NCBI GenBank assembly: GCA_963767735.1
Contig: CAVYES010000006.1
Location: 224,001 to 288,000, forward strand
Reading direction: 5' to 3'
From: Candidatus Bathyarchaeota archaeon
GTDB lineage: Archaea; Thermoproteota; Bathyarchaeia; Bathyarchaeales; Bathycorpusculaceae
DNA length: 64,000 bases
Shown here: one piece after another, positions 31,806-41,751 of the stretch
Layout: every line of letters begins with the position of its first letter
Position numbering within the stretch: position 1 is the first letter of the stretch
The notes under the pieces: generated by a model
The model's input: the letters and a program-made list of their open reading frames with translations, nothing else
Told to the model about the DNA's origin: nothing
Databases searched by the model: none
Translations under genes and position numbers: made by a program

Positions 31806-32738
31806 ATGGGGGAACTTAAAGAGAAAAAAATACTAGTCACTGGCGGCGCGGGGTTTATCGGCTTTCATTTGTGTAGTAGGCTATCGGGACTAACGTCCGA
31901 CTTAACAATTTATGATAACTTATCAAGCGGCAAAAAAGAAAACGTAAAAGACGTCCCAAACGCCAAATTCATTAAAGGCGACATTTTGGACCTCAAAAAA
32001 CTTCTCTCCTTGGAGAAGACCGATTTAATCTATCATTTAGCCGCCCAAGTTGTAGTTCCCTACTCAATGGAGAATCCCCTTATAGATTTTGAAACAAACG
32101 CTAAAGGAACCGTGCAGGTTCTTGAGAAAGCACGCAAAGACGATGCAAAACTGGTTTTCGCTTCCAGCGCAGCCGTCTATGGCAACCCAACCGTCTTTCC
32201 AACTCCAGAAGAATATGGTTTTCACCCCTTTTCCTGCTACGGGTTATCCAAAGTAGTCGGCGAAGAATACTGCGAAATGTACCGAAGCCAATACGGCTTA
32301 GACATCACGATAATGAGGTTTGCTAACGTTTACGGACCAAGATGCCACGGAGTCATCCATGACTTTATAGATAAACTCGCTAAAAACCCAAGCAAACTAG
32401 AAATCATAGGTACCGGGCTTCAATCACGCGATTTTGTACAGGTATCCGATGTTGTGGATGCATTAGTAACTGTCGGCTCAAACGATTCTGCTAACGGTAA
32501 AACTTACAACATTGGCTTTGGAACGACAACCCAGATAATAGATCTTGCCAAAATGATTCTCCAAATTCTCAATTTGCAAGCCAAGACATTCGTTACAACA
32601 ACCAATGTTTCTTGGCAAGGCGATGTGACAAAAATTTGGTTTGACAATTCTAAAGCAAAGAAAGAATTGAATTGGAATCCAAAAATAACTCTTGAAGACA
32701 GCATAAAAGCGATTATTGCTGAGAGGAAACTTTCGTAA
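31806..32738 (+). CDS. NAD-dependent NDP-sugar epimerase/dehydratase (GalE-like)
   Basis: TGGAGFIG, SSAAVYG, YGLSK, RFANVYGP. Confidence 0.9.
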   Translation: MGELKEKKILVTGGAGFIGFHLCSRLSGLTSDLTIYDNLSSGKKENVKDVPNAKFIKGDILDLKKLLSLEKTDLIYHLAAQVVVPYSMENPLIDFETNAKGTVQVLEKARKDDAKLVFASSAAVYGNPTVFPTPEEYGFHPFSCYGLSKVVGEEYCEMYRSQYGLDITIMRFANVYGPRCHGVIHDFIDKLAKNPSKLEIIGTGLQSRDFVQVSDVVDALVTVGSNDSANGKTYNIGFGTTTQIIDLAKMILQILNLQAKTFVTTTNVSWQGDVTKIWFDNSKAKKELNWNPKITLEDSIKAIIAERKLS

Positions 32739-33620
32739 TGGCCACTTCAAAGCCAGCTAGAGGATTGATAGCGCTTCTGCGCCTTCCCTACTGGCTGATG
32801 ACAGGTGGTTTATCTCTCCTAACAGCCTTCGCTATCACCAGAAAACCATTTAGCCTCAGCATCCAAACGGATTTGCTGATTTTCTTCTCCATGGCATTCA
32901 TAACTTCCGCAGGCTTCGCAATCAACGATTACTTCGACAGGGAAAGCGATGCGGTAATCAAGCCAAAACGCCCCATACCTTCAGGTGCACTGTCGTTAAA
33001 GCAGGTGGTAGCAGTGTCAAGCGTACTTTTCGTTGCAGGTTTGATCATGGCGTCTTATATTAACTGGTTAAGTTTCGCAATTATCGCCGCTGATTCTGCC
33101 CTTCTTCTGGTTTACTCAATAGTCGTGAAGCGCAAATCAGGCTTTGCAGCGAATGTTTTAGTGGGCATTTTAACAGGTACCGCCTTCATGTTTGGAGAAG
33201 CCACAATCACCATCCCTCCGACGATTAGCTTGATTTCTTTAAGCCTCTACCCCATAGCTTTTGGAACAATAGGCGGCAACGTCCTGCGCGATGTCCTAAG
33301 CCTTGATGGCGACTCAAAAACTGGGTACCCAACGCTCCCGCAGAAAATTGGCATCGGCAAATCGGTGAAAATGGCTGCTGTGTTTTTCACATTAACGGGG
33401 TTGCTTGCGCCTCTTCCTTACTTCATAGGCAAGTTTACAGTTTACTATTTGCCTCCTATTCTTTTCTGGAGCGTTCTTCTAATTTACTGTTCAATCCGCC
33501 TAGCTAACCTCAGCTTCAACGTTGACCAATGTGCGAAAATATGAGCGCATAGTCACGATGTCGATGATTCTTCTTCCGTTAGCATTAATAATCGAGGCAA
33601 CACTTGGAGGGTTACTATGA
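32738..33620 (+). CDS. UbiA-family prenyltransferase, DGGGP synthase-like (frameshift near 33508)
   Basis: INDYFDRESD..KPKRPIPSG, RDVLSLDGD...PTLP; the alternative frame continues NVRKYERIVTMSMILLPLALII to TGA 33620, overlapping the next ATG. Confidence 0.8.
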
Positions 33621-35084
33621 CCAAAACCAAAAGCATCTGCCCTGAATGCCAGAAAAAAATCGATGCACAACTAACTCAAGCTAACGGAAAAATCCAAATC
33701 ACCAAGCAGTGCCCCGAACATGGCGCTTTTGAAGCTACTCACTGGCAAAGCACTGACATCTACAATCACATGCAAACTTATGACCAATTTCAGTACCTCG
33801 GCGATTTGAACGCTCCCAAAGACCCAAAAGGTTGCCCCTACGTCTGCGAAACATGCAACAACCATGCTTCAGGCACGGTCATAGGCGTAATAGACGTTAC
33901 AAAACGCTGCAACTTCAAATGTGCAGTTTGCTTCTCAACTTTTCCGCAGCAAGAAGTCGATTATGAGCCAACTAAAGAAGCGCTTATAGATATGCTTGAG
34001 TTCGTAAGCAAAGCTAACCCTAAGCCTCCAGCCATTCTTTTTTCAGGCGGTGAGCCGCTGGAGCGCGAGGATATGCCTGAAATAATCGAGTGCTGCACAC
34101 AAGCTAAAATTTATGACTATATTAGCGACCAACGGGACACATTTGGTTGACACCCCGGGGCTGGCAAAGAAGCTGAAAGATAGCGGCTTAAACATCGTTT
34201 ATTTATCGTTTGACAGTTTCCACGAAGAATTCAACAAGAAAATTAGAGGGCAAGAACTCGTAGATATGAAACTTAAGGCTATTGAGGTTTGCCGAAAATA
34301 CGACATGGAAATCATCTTGGTCAACACTTTGATGAAAAGCTTGAACGATAAAGAAGTCGGCGACATGATACGGTTCGCGGCTAAGAACACTGACATAGTG
34401 CGAGGCTTAATTTTCCAACCTATCGCCTTCACAGGCAGAGCCACCGAGAACCCGTTCCGCGAAAATTTCCGTGAATGGTCATTTGCAGAGGACGTTGAAA
34501 AACAAACAGACGGCGAAGTAAAAACCACCGACCTCTTCCCCATGTCGGTTATGACTTCTCCGATAAAGATAATGCGTAAATTCATGCAAAAACCTTGGCC
34601 CCTGTTCTCTTGCAGCCCACAATGCGGAATCGTAAACTGGGTTTACGTTTCAAAAAACGGCAAAATGTTCCCAATCAACCGATTCGTCAACTTTGACCGA
34701 TTCTTTAACTACATCAGAAAAACCGCTGAAAATGCAGAGTCAAAGGGCAAATTTTCTCTGCTCTCATCACTATTCATGGCATCAATGCTTTCAATGAACA
34801 TGCTCGAAGTCACCAAGGAAGTCGGCATGCCAACCCTGATGAAATCAATCATGAGGATGCATCTTTCACCATCATACCAGTCACTGGGAAAAATCCGCAG
34901 ACGCATCTTCTTGCTTGGCTGCATGGCGTTCATGGACTCATACAACTTCGACGTCAACCGAGTCCGTCGATGCGTGGTTCACTACATTACGCCCGACAAG
35001 AAGATCATACCTTTCTGCGCATACAACAATATCCATAGGGTAGCAATCGAGAAAGAGTACGCTGAAAGGCATAAGACGGCTTAA
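33617..35084 (+). CDS. tes: Tetraether lipid synthase Tes / GDGT-MAS (MJ0619 family) radical SAM homolog; +1 frameshift near 34088
   Basis: TKSICPEC...KQCPEHG, GCPYVCETCNNH, DVTKRCNFKCAVCF, FSGGEP, LATNG, FQPIAFTGR, CMAFMDSYNFDVNRVRRCVVHYITPD..IIPFCAYN. Confidence 0.8.
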
Positions 35085-35614
35085 CTTAGCACTTGAATGT
35101 TTAAGACGCAATAGTTGTTTACATTGTTATTTGTAAACTGGTAAGTTGCTGAATCTGAATTATATTGCCAAAGCTCAAAAACTACCGAGTAGCTTCCAAC
35201 TTGATTTTCCGTAACAGGGACTGATTTTTGCCAGCTTTGGCCGTTCCCCAAGGTAAAATTATACGCGTCGATGGGCTGAGTATTAACTGGCAGAGTTGTA
35301 ATGTCATTGGTGATTTTCACTAAAACTTCGTATTGCACAGTGCCTCCCATATTGTTCACAACGGTAACAGGCTCATTGAATGTGCTGTTCTGGTTAGCTA
35401 CCAAAACTGACGGGTAATCAGCGGCTTTGTTTTGTGAATCAAGCAGATAAATCGTGCTGTACCCCGCTGGCGCCGGCCTAAAAAACACAAAGTAACTTGC
35501 AGCTACTGCAGAAATAATTATTAAGGCAACAAAAATGGCGACGGCATAGCCTTTTTCATCGTTTAAACCAATTTTTCTGCCAAGCTTCTTCGTTTTTTCT
35601 AACCATGTCGGCAT
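35081..35614 (-). CDS. DUF1616-like membrane-anchored protein
   Basis: N-terminal TM, YSTIYLLD..KAADYP, V.N.MG..YEV; likely start ATG 35614. Confidence 0.65.
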   Translation of the reverse strand: MPTWLEKTKKLGRKIGLNDEKGYAVAIFVALIIISAVAASYFVFFRPAPAGYSTIYLLDSQNKAADYPSVLVANQNSTFNEPVTVVNNMGGTVQYEVLVKITNDITTLPVNTQPIDAYNFTLGNGQSWQKSVPVTENQVGSYSVVFELWQYNSDSATYQFTNNNVNNYCVLNIQVLS

Positions 35615-36293
35615 CCAGAAGGCCTCTAAATATAGTGCTAAATATTTCAATTCCTGACTTAAATTTTTTGAGCTTGGTTTTCCCGTATTTTCGGGCTTTA
35701 TAGGTGGTGGGAACTTCAACCATGTTGTATCCTTCTTTTGCGAATTTTACAAGCATTTCAGTAGCGTAAGCCATGTCTCCCTCGTTTAACTTTACTTTGT
35801 CGATGGCTTCATGAGAAATTGCTCGGAAACCTGATTGTGTGTCGCTGAGGAATTGGCTATAGAAGAAGTCGAAGCAGAATGTAATCACTTTGTTTCCTAT
35901 GAAATTCATGAATCCCATGGCTTTGTTTGGGTCATACATGCGAGTGGCTAAAACCATGTCTGCGTCTTTCTGAATCATCATATCCAGCAAGCGGTTGATG
36001 TGTTTTACCTCGTAGGTGCCATCGCCGTCAACCATCACGATAATGTTGCCTTTCGCGTTTTTCATGCCTGTTTTAAGGGCGACGCCGTACCCGCGTCTTG
36101 GTTCAATAATAAGCTTGCAAAAACTTGTGTCTTTAACGATTTCTATTGTTCCATCAGTAGAGTTGCCATCAACAACAATTATCTCCTTTGGGTACTCCAA
36201 GTCTTTATAGATGGTTGTGACAGCTTCTAAGATGTTTCCTGCTTCATTGAGTGTTGGAATTACTACCGAGACCAGTTCAACTTTCGATGTCAT
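35556..36293 (-). CDS. GT2 glycosyltransferase (DPM synthase-like)
   Basis: SVVIPTLNE, VVDGNSTDGT, RGYG, DGDGTY, DTQSGFR. Confidence 0.9.
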   Translation of the reverse strand: MTSKVELVSVVIPTLNEAGNILEAVTTIYKDLEYPKEIIVVDGNSTDGTIEIVKDTSFCKLIIEPRRGYGVALKTGMKNAKGNIIVMVDGDGTYEVKHINRLLDMMIQKDADMVLATRMYDPNKAMGFMNFIGNKVITFCFDFFYSQFLSDTQSGFRAISHEAIDKVKLNEGDMAYATEMLVKFAKEGYNMVEVPTTYKARKYGKTKLKKFKSGIEIFSTIFRGLLDADMVRKNEEAWQKNWFKR

Positions 36294-36334
36294 GGTAACT
36301 CTCATCTTAAGGCTATATTGTTTCACCATCTTAG

Positions 36335-37493
36335 TTAAATAAGCTCTTCGTATATCCCGATTAATGTTTCAACGTTTTTATCCCAGCTGAACTTTTCTTC
36401 CATCCTTGCTCGAAGCTCTACTTTACGCGAAGAAAAATCAATATTTGCAAATTCCAAAACTGCGTTTGCAAGTTGCTCAGGCTGGTTAGATGGCACAAGT
36501 TTTCCGTAATCTTCCATAAGAATTTCACTTATTCCTCCAACGTTTGTGGCTATTACTGGCAATCCGCAAGCCATGGCTTCAAGCGCAACCAAAGGCAAGC
36601 CTTCTCCCGATTTTGATGGCAGCACAAAGAAGTCTGCGGCGTTATAGTAAAACGGTAAATCTTCATCTTTAACAAAGCCTGTAAGCCTAAAATTGTTTTC
36701 TATCCCTAACTGTCGTGTCATCATTTGAACGTTGTTTAGATCTGGTCCTTTTCCAACAACTAGGAAAGTAATCTTTGGGTTCTTTTTGACGGCTATGTTT
36801 GCGCTCTCTATTAACGTGTCAACGCCGTTTTTGTAAACAAGCCTTCTGACGGTTAAAGCCACGATTGCGTCTTGGGCTATTCCAAGTTTTCTTCTCATTT
36901 CTTCTCGTTTCCCCGTCAAAGGCCTGAAACGGACCAGGTCAACTCCGTTGTGTGACACTTTAATCTTGTTTGGTTTTGCGCCTAAACTTAAAACATAATC
37001 TTTTGTTGCGTTGCTCACAGTGATTATTTTGTCGGCTTCTTTTAGCGTCTCCTTTCCAACTGCCAAATCATTTAACCGTTCAACGTTGTCAAAAATGCTG
37101 TCGTATTCAATGAAGGTGTTGTGCTGCGTCAACACAAATGGCTTATTGTACCTCTTCGCAAGTTTGGCTGCAATAAGCGACGTTAGGTACGGGTGACCAT
37201 GCGCATGGACAATTTTGCTTGATTTTACAGCTTTAAGAAAAGTTTCAAAACTTGTCACTGTCGGAATCGAGTAAGGGATTCCCAGGCGGAAACCCGTGTT
37301 TAACGATTCATAACATTCGACGTTTACGCCGTCAACAACATAGTTTTTTGGCTGTTCCAATCCGGTTCGTGACCACCATGGGCTCAAAATTTCTTTGAAG
37401 TAGCCGCTTGCTTTGCTCATAAACAACCCTTTCTATTCCGCCAGTATGGGGCAAAAAGGTGTGAGTAACAATGCAAAGCCTTGTTTGAACCAT
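36335..37493 (-). CDS. GT4 glycosyltransferase (frameshift near 37350)
   Basis: N-terminal FLPHTGGIERVV in ORF 37332..37520; HNGVD, KNGVD, EGLPLVALEAMACGLPV in the main ORF. Confidence 0.85.
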
Positions 37494-37711
37494 GGAAGCC
37501 CAACTGCTTAAACTCCTCAATCAACATAGTATTATAACCTTATGGTAAAACAAAGTCTGGTGCAAAAACAGCTTAAAGTTGTACTTTTTGTTACTTAGGT
37601 TATCAAGCAAAAAGGATACCATCCCCCCGCCCTCAATTTAGCTAGAGAAATTCACTAGTTAAATTGATACCTTATCCCTCCTTTGGACTTTGTAAGAATT
37701 AATAAAGTGTT

Positions 37712-38193
37712 TTATTGTTTTGCCTGTGCATTTTTAGTGGCGCGTGTATAAACGTTTGATGATACGCCTGCAACCAAGGCGCCTATGGCGTCGTTTGTGA
37801 TTGAGCCGAGTTTCTTTAGAATTCCGGGTTTAGCTTGGTCAAACCGCACGTACTCGAAAACTGCTCTGGTTCCGCCGATGTAGCTGGCAATCGCTATTCC
37901 TAAAACTTCGTCAGCAACTGGTCCTGGTCTACCCTTGAACCTTTCCTGCGTTAAGCCGGGAATCAAGCCCTTCTCTGCATCTTCCTGCGCTCGGAAAGCA
38001 GCACTTCAAGGATGGAAACATTGACATCTGAGAGGACATCGAGGAATTCTTCTCTGAACATTTCAACGGCTTTTTCCTCTGTTTCCACGCCTGGGTGAGG
38101 CACAAACATTTCAAGTGCACAGTGAATGAGGCTTTTTAGGGATATGTCTTTTTTTTCAAGAAACTCAAGTAAGGCTGGCATTTCATTGCTCAT
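37712..38193 (-). CDS. cobZ: Alpha-ribazole-phosphate phosphatase CobZ (PgpA-like), frameshift near 38000
   Basis: MFVPHPGVET...LSDVNV then VADEVLGIAIASYIGGTRAVFEYVRFDQAKPGIL...DAIGALVAG. Confidence 0.75.
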
Positions 38194-38528
38194 AATTTCA
38201 ACCTCAATTTTTAAAGGTAAAGTGTGCTTTAAGCGTTGCGTGACTCTGATTACCGTAATGCTTATATGAAAAGGTTGGATAAACCAACCAAACATGGCGG
38301 TGATAATTTGCTGAACTTCCAGAAAAAACCTGATATTCCGCTCAAAATATTATGGCAAGGCAAATTATCTGAATGTTTGAAGAGTAAAACAACATTTTTG
38401 TGGTTACCTGTTTCTGCAACTGAAGAAACCGGTTTTTTCGGAAAATCAAATATTTCAAATTCACCTAAAACCTAAACAAAACAAAATAATGGTTGAGGGT
38501 GAAGATACTTAGGGAGGAAAAATTAGAA

Positions 38529-39215
38529 ATGAAAGTTGTTGCTTCATGGAGTGGCGGAAAAGACAGTTGCTATGCTTATTATTTGGCAACCCAGCAAGGC
38601 TACGAAGTAATTAGCCTTTTAACTATGATGATGAGTGAAACCAAATCAAACTTCCACATGATACCCTCCGGCATACTTGACGCTCAAGCAGAAGCCATCG
38701 GAATCCCACTTCTAAAGCAGGTGACTACGGCTGAAACCTACGAGAACGATTTCAAACGTGCACTGCGAATACTCAAAGCAAAGGGCGCCGAAGGCTTAGT
38801 TACAGGGGACATCTACGAGGTAGCGGGGCACGAAGAAGGTTGGCTTGGGCGAGTGCTCAAAGAAGTCGGGTTGAAGCCAATAAAGCCTCTTTGGATGGGT
38901 GACACAAAACAAATTTACCTTGACTACTTAAAAACGGGTTTCAAAGCAACCGTGGTGCGCACTAACCTCAGCAAGTTGGGTGTGGAGTGGCTTGGGCGAG
39001 TTCTGGACAAAAAATTCTACGATGACATCCTGAAGCTTGGCAATGTTGATTCTTGCGGGGAAGGCGGCGAATACCATACCGTAGTGACTGATGGACCGAC
39101 TTTTAAGAAAAAGATTGAAATTCTTGAAACGCAAAAGCATAAGCTTGACGGCGGCTTCGGATATTTAGAAATTAAAAGATTCGAAGTTAAGCCCAAAGGC
39201 AAGGTAAAATCGTAG
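38529..39215 (+). CDS. DUF71/Dph6-like ATP pyrophosphatase (canonical motifs), first gene of cob operon
   Basis: SWSGGKDS, QAEAIGIP, TGDI, PLW, DSCGEGGEYHT.V.DGP.F. Confidence 0.9.
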   Translation: MKVVASWSGGKDSCYAYYLATQQGYEVISLLTMMMSETKSNFHMIPSGILDAQAEAIGIPLLKQVTTAETYENDFKRALRILKAKGAEGLVTGDIYEVAGHEEGWLGRVLKEVGLKPIKPLWMGDTKQIYLDYLKTGFKATVVRTNLSKLGVEWLGRVLDKKFYDDILKLGNVDSCGEGGEYHTVVTDGPTFKKKIEILETQKHKLDGGFGYLEIKRFEVKPKGKVKS

Positions 39216-39216
39216 A

Positions 39217-40317
39217 ATGGACAAGACTCTTGACGTACTGATTGCTCATAACCCGCTAAAAGCGGAAGCTTTCCTCGATGAAATCGACGGAAAAAACCCT
39301 TTATTTATTTGTACAATAGCCACCACTGAAACAGGCAAAATCTCTGGCATATCCGCGGCTGGAGCAAACCCAGAATTCACCGATTACACACCCCCAGCAG
39401 ACGCTGAACTGCTCTTGCTGGGCAAATGCAAATCCATAGCCGGCGTGCCCATAACTCCAGACGGCATTCCGACACCAGGCTTGATAACTATGTCGGCTCT
39501 ACACTTAGCCGATATTCCAGTGCTCATTGCCAGCGGCGGACTAAAAGTGAAACCGCAGATTCCCTTCTTAGATTTCGGCGGCAACCCCGGAAGAGACATC
39601 CGAACAGGCAACGCCGTTGATAACGTTGCGGAAGTAATCGAGCGCGCGAAAATTGCGGGGCAGAATTTGGCTAAAGCCGTGGATTATCTTGTGATTGGCG
39701 AGAGTATCCCTGGGGGAACAACAACCGCTCTTGGTGTATTGTCGGCTTTAGGCGTGAAAGCGGAGGGAAAAGTAAGCAGCACTCTGCCTGAAAACCCCCA
39801 CAGCTTGAAAGCAGAAACCGTCAAGGCAGGATTAAAAGCGGCTGGCGAGAGTTTTGGCAGCTTAGCAAACAATCCCGTTAAGGCTATTTCCTGCGTCGGC
39901 GACCCCATGATGGCTGCTTTCTCGGGACTGGTGATTGGTGCGGCATCGCAGGTGCCCGTGCTGATGGCTGGCGGAACACAGATGAGCGCTATCTTAGCCC
40001 TTGTGAACGCTTTGGAACCCGATGTTCTCTGCAACGTGGCGGTGGGCACAACAAGATGGGTTGCAAAAGACAAGTCATCCGACCTCAAAGGCATAGTTAC
40101 CCAGTTCTGCGATGTCCCGATTTTAGCGGCGGACCTAAACTTTGGCTCCTCACGTTTCCCAGGCTTGCGGACATATGAAACTGGTCTTGTGAAGGAAGGC
40201 GTCGGCGCAGGAGGCGCTTCTATCGCGGCGATGGCGAAGCTTGGCGGCGCAGTCACAGCTGACCTACTGCTTAAAGAGATAGAGCGTAATTATGCTCTGC
40301 TGATGGGTCTGAAGTGA
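39217..40317 (+). CDS. cobT: Archaeal NaMN:DMB phosphoribosyltransferase CobT
   Basis: TETGKISGISAAG, TPPADAE, PTPGLIT, GESIPGGTTTA, GDPM, AGGTQM, KEGVGAGG. Confidence 0.9.
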   Translation: MDKTLDVLIAHNPLKAEAFLDEIDGKNPLFICTIATTETGKISGISAAGANPEFTDYTPPADAELLLLGKCKSIAGVPITPDGIPTPGLITMSALHLADIPVLIASGGLKVKPQIPFLDFGGNPGRDIRTGNAVDNVAEVIERAKIAGQNLAKAVDYLVIGESIPGGTTTALGVLSALGVKAEGKVSSTLPENPHSLKAETVKAGLKAAGESFGSLANNPVKAISCVGDPMMAAFSGLVIGAASQVPVLMAGGTQMSAILALVNALEPDVLCNVAVGTTRWVAKDKSSDLKGIVTQFCDVPILAADLNFGSSRFPGLRTYETGLVKEGVGAGGASIAAMAKLGGAVTADLLLKEIERNYALLMGLK

Positions 40318-40318
40318 A

Positions 40319-41089
40319 TTGGTTACTAAAGAGTTAAAGAACCTTCTTTCTTTCCTCACAATTTTTCCAGTAACAATGGATAAAGACATGCTGACTGACT
40401 GCGCCAAAAACATGTGGGTTTTCCCATTAATCGGCGCATTCATCGGTTTATTAGCTGGAGTGTTCGGCTGGGTAGCTTACCACTTTTTGCCCGACATAGT
40501 GGTCGGCGGCTTAGTGTTGGCTTTGTTGCTGCTGATTACCGGGCTTCACCACACCGACGGCTTACTTGACTTCGGCGACGGCGTCATGGCTCACGGCACA
40601 GCTGAACACAAAATTGAGGTTATGCATGACCAACTCACAGGCGCAGGCGGCTTAACGTTGGGCATCATGACCATTCTGATCACCGCTTTAGCCATCGGAC
40701 AAATCAGCGGCAATGGTGAACTCAAAATTCCCTTAATCATCGGCGGCATCATCGCCATAGAAGCGTCAGCAAAGCTTGCCATGGTTATTATGGCGTGGGC
40801 TGGAAAATCAGTCCATCAAGGCATGAACTCACCCTTCTTAGAAGCTATGCATGGGAGCAAAGGCAACTTGCGCCTCATCGCTGCGGTGGTGATTTCTTTT
40901 GCGGTTGCTTTGCCTCTGCTGGGTTGGGCAGGCGCTTTCACCGTGATTGCAGCCATTATCACCAGCCTTGTCATGGTTGCCATTGCGCACAAGCACTTCA
41001 ACGGAGTCACAGGCGACGTGTTCGGAGCAACTAACGAGATAACCAGAATGGTCTGCGTGATCGTCCTGTTGGCGGTGGTTATACGGTAA
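40319..41089 (+). CDS. cobS: Cobalamin 5'-phosphate synthase CobS, copy 2 (canonical)
   Basis: FLTIFP, TGLHHTDGLLDFGDG, MHD..TG, GVTGDVFGATNE. Confidence 0.9.
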   Translation: MVTKELKNLLSFLTIFPVTMDKDMLTDCAKNMWVFPLIGAFIGLLAGVFGWVAYHFLPDIVVGGLVLALLLLITGLHHTDGLLDFGDGVMAHGTAEHKIEVMHDQLTGAGGLTLGIMTILITALAIGQISGNGELKIPLIIGGIIAIEASAKLAMVIMAWAGKSVHQGMNSPFLEAMHGSKGNLRLIAAVVISFAVALPLLGWAGAFTVIAAIITSLVMVAIAHKHFNGVTGDVFGATNEITRMVCVIVLLAVVIR

Positions 41090-41100
41090 CCGCACTCGTT

Positions 41101-41697
41101 ATGGCTGGCGGAAAAGGAACCCGCATGAAAGTCGCACAGGAGAAGCCGCTGATTAAAGTCTGTGGCAAACCCGTTATCTTATACGTGCTGGAGGCGTTGA
41201 AAAACGCTAAGAAAATTGATTCCGTCGTTGTCGCTGTCAGCTGTTGCACCCCCAAAACTGCCCAGTTTCTGAGTCAGTTTCCAGTCCAAGTGGTTGAAAC
41301 TCCCGGGGTAGATTATGTTTCCGATATGGGCTACGCTAGTAAAGCACTCAAACTCGGCGTTTTCTTAGCTATCGCAGCCGACTTGCCGCTGGTCACAGGA
41401 GAGGTGCTGGATAAAATTGTTGAACGTTACGAGCGATGCGGCAAACCAGCATTAACTGTTGCCGTTCCGCTTGAAACTAAAACCAAGCTTGGCATGTGTG
41501 TTGAGTACTCGTTCAAAATCGGCGATAAAGACGTAGTTCCCGTCGGCATCAATGTTATAGATGGGCATAAACGGTACGGCGACGAATGGCTCGACCAAGA
41601 CATCTGCCTGTTAAACCTAGATGAACTGGCAGTAAATATCAACACTGTACAGGAAATGCAAATAGCCGAACGCTTAGTATCAAAGCATGCGAAATAA
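41101..41697 (+). CDS. cobY: CobY guanylyltransferase, copy 2
   Basis: (TALV)MAGGKGTRM..EKPL, YVSD, ADLPL, VGINVI, NINT. Confidence 0.85.
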   Translation: MAGGKGTRMKVAQEKPLIKVCGKPVILYVLEALKNAKKIDSVVVAVSCCTPKTAQFLSQFPVQVVETPGVDYVSDMGYASKALKLGVFLAIAADLPLVTGEVLDKIVERYERCGKPALTVAVPLETKTKLGMCVEYSFKIGDKDVVPVGINVIDGHKRYGDEWLDQDICLLNLDELAVNINTVQEMQIAERLVSKHAK

Positions 41698-41751
41698 AAG
41701 ACTGATTTATACACAGATTAATCCTGCAATCCCTGTTCATCGTTTAATATT

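Noticed and set aside
10796-34150. Possible Sec/Pyl readthrough or programmed frameshifting in split genes
   Set aside because: The breaks change frame rather than being in-frame stops, and they share no slippery motif; sequence error is simpler.
38236-38475. 79-aa ORF between cobZ and the cob operon; also checked for a cobalamin riboswitch
   Set aside because: AT-rich divergent promoter region with no protein motifs and no B12-box consensus visible.
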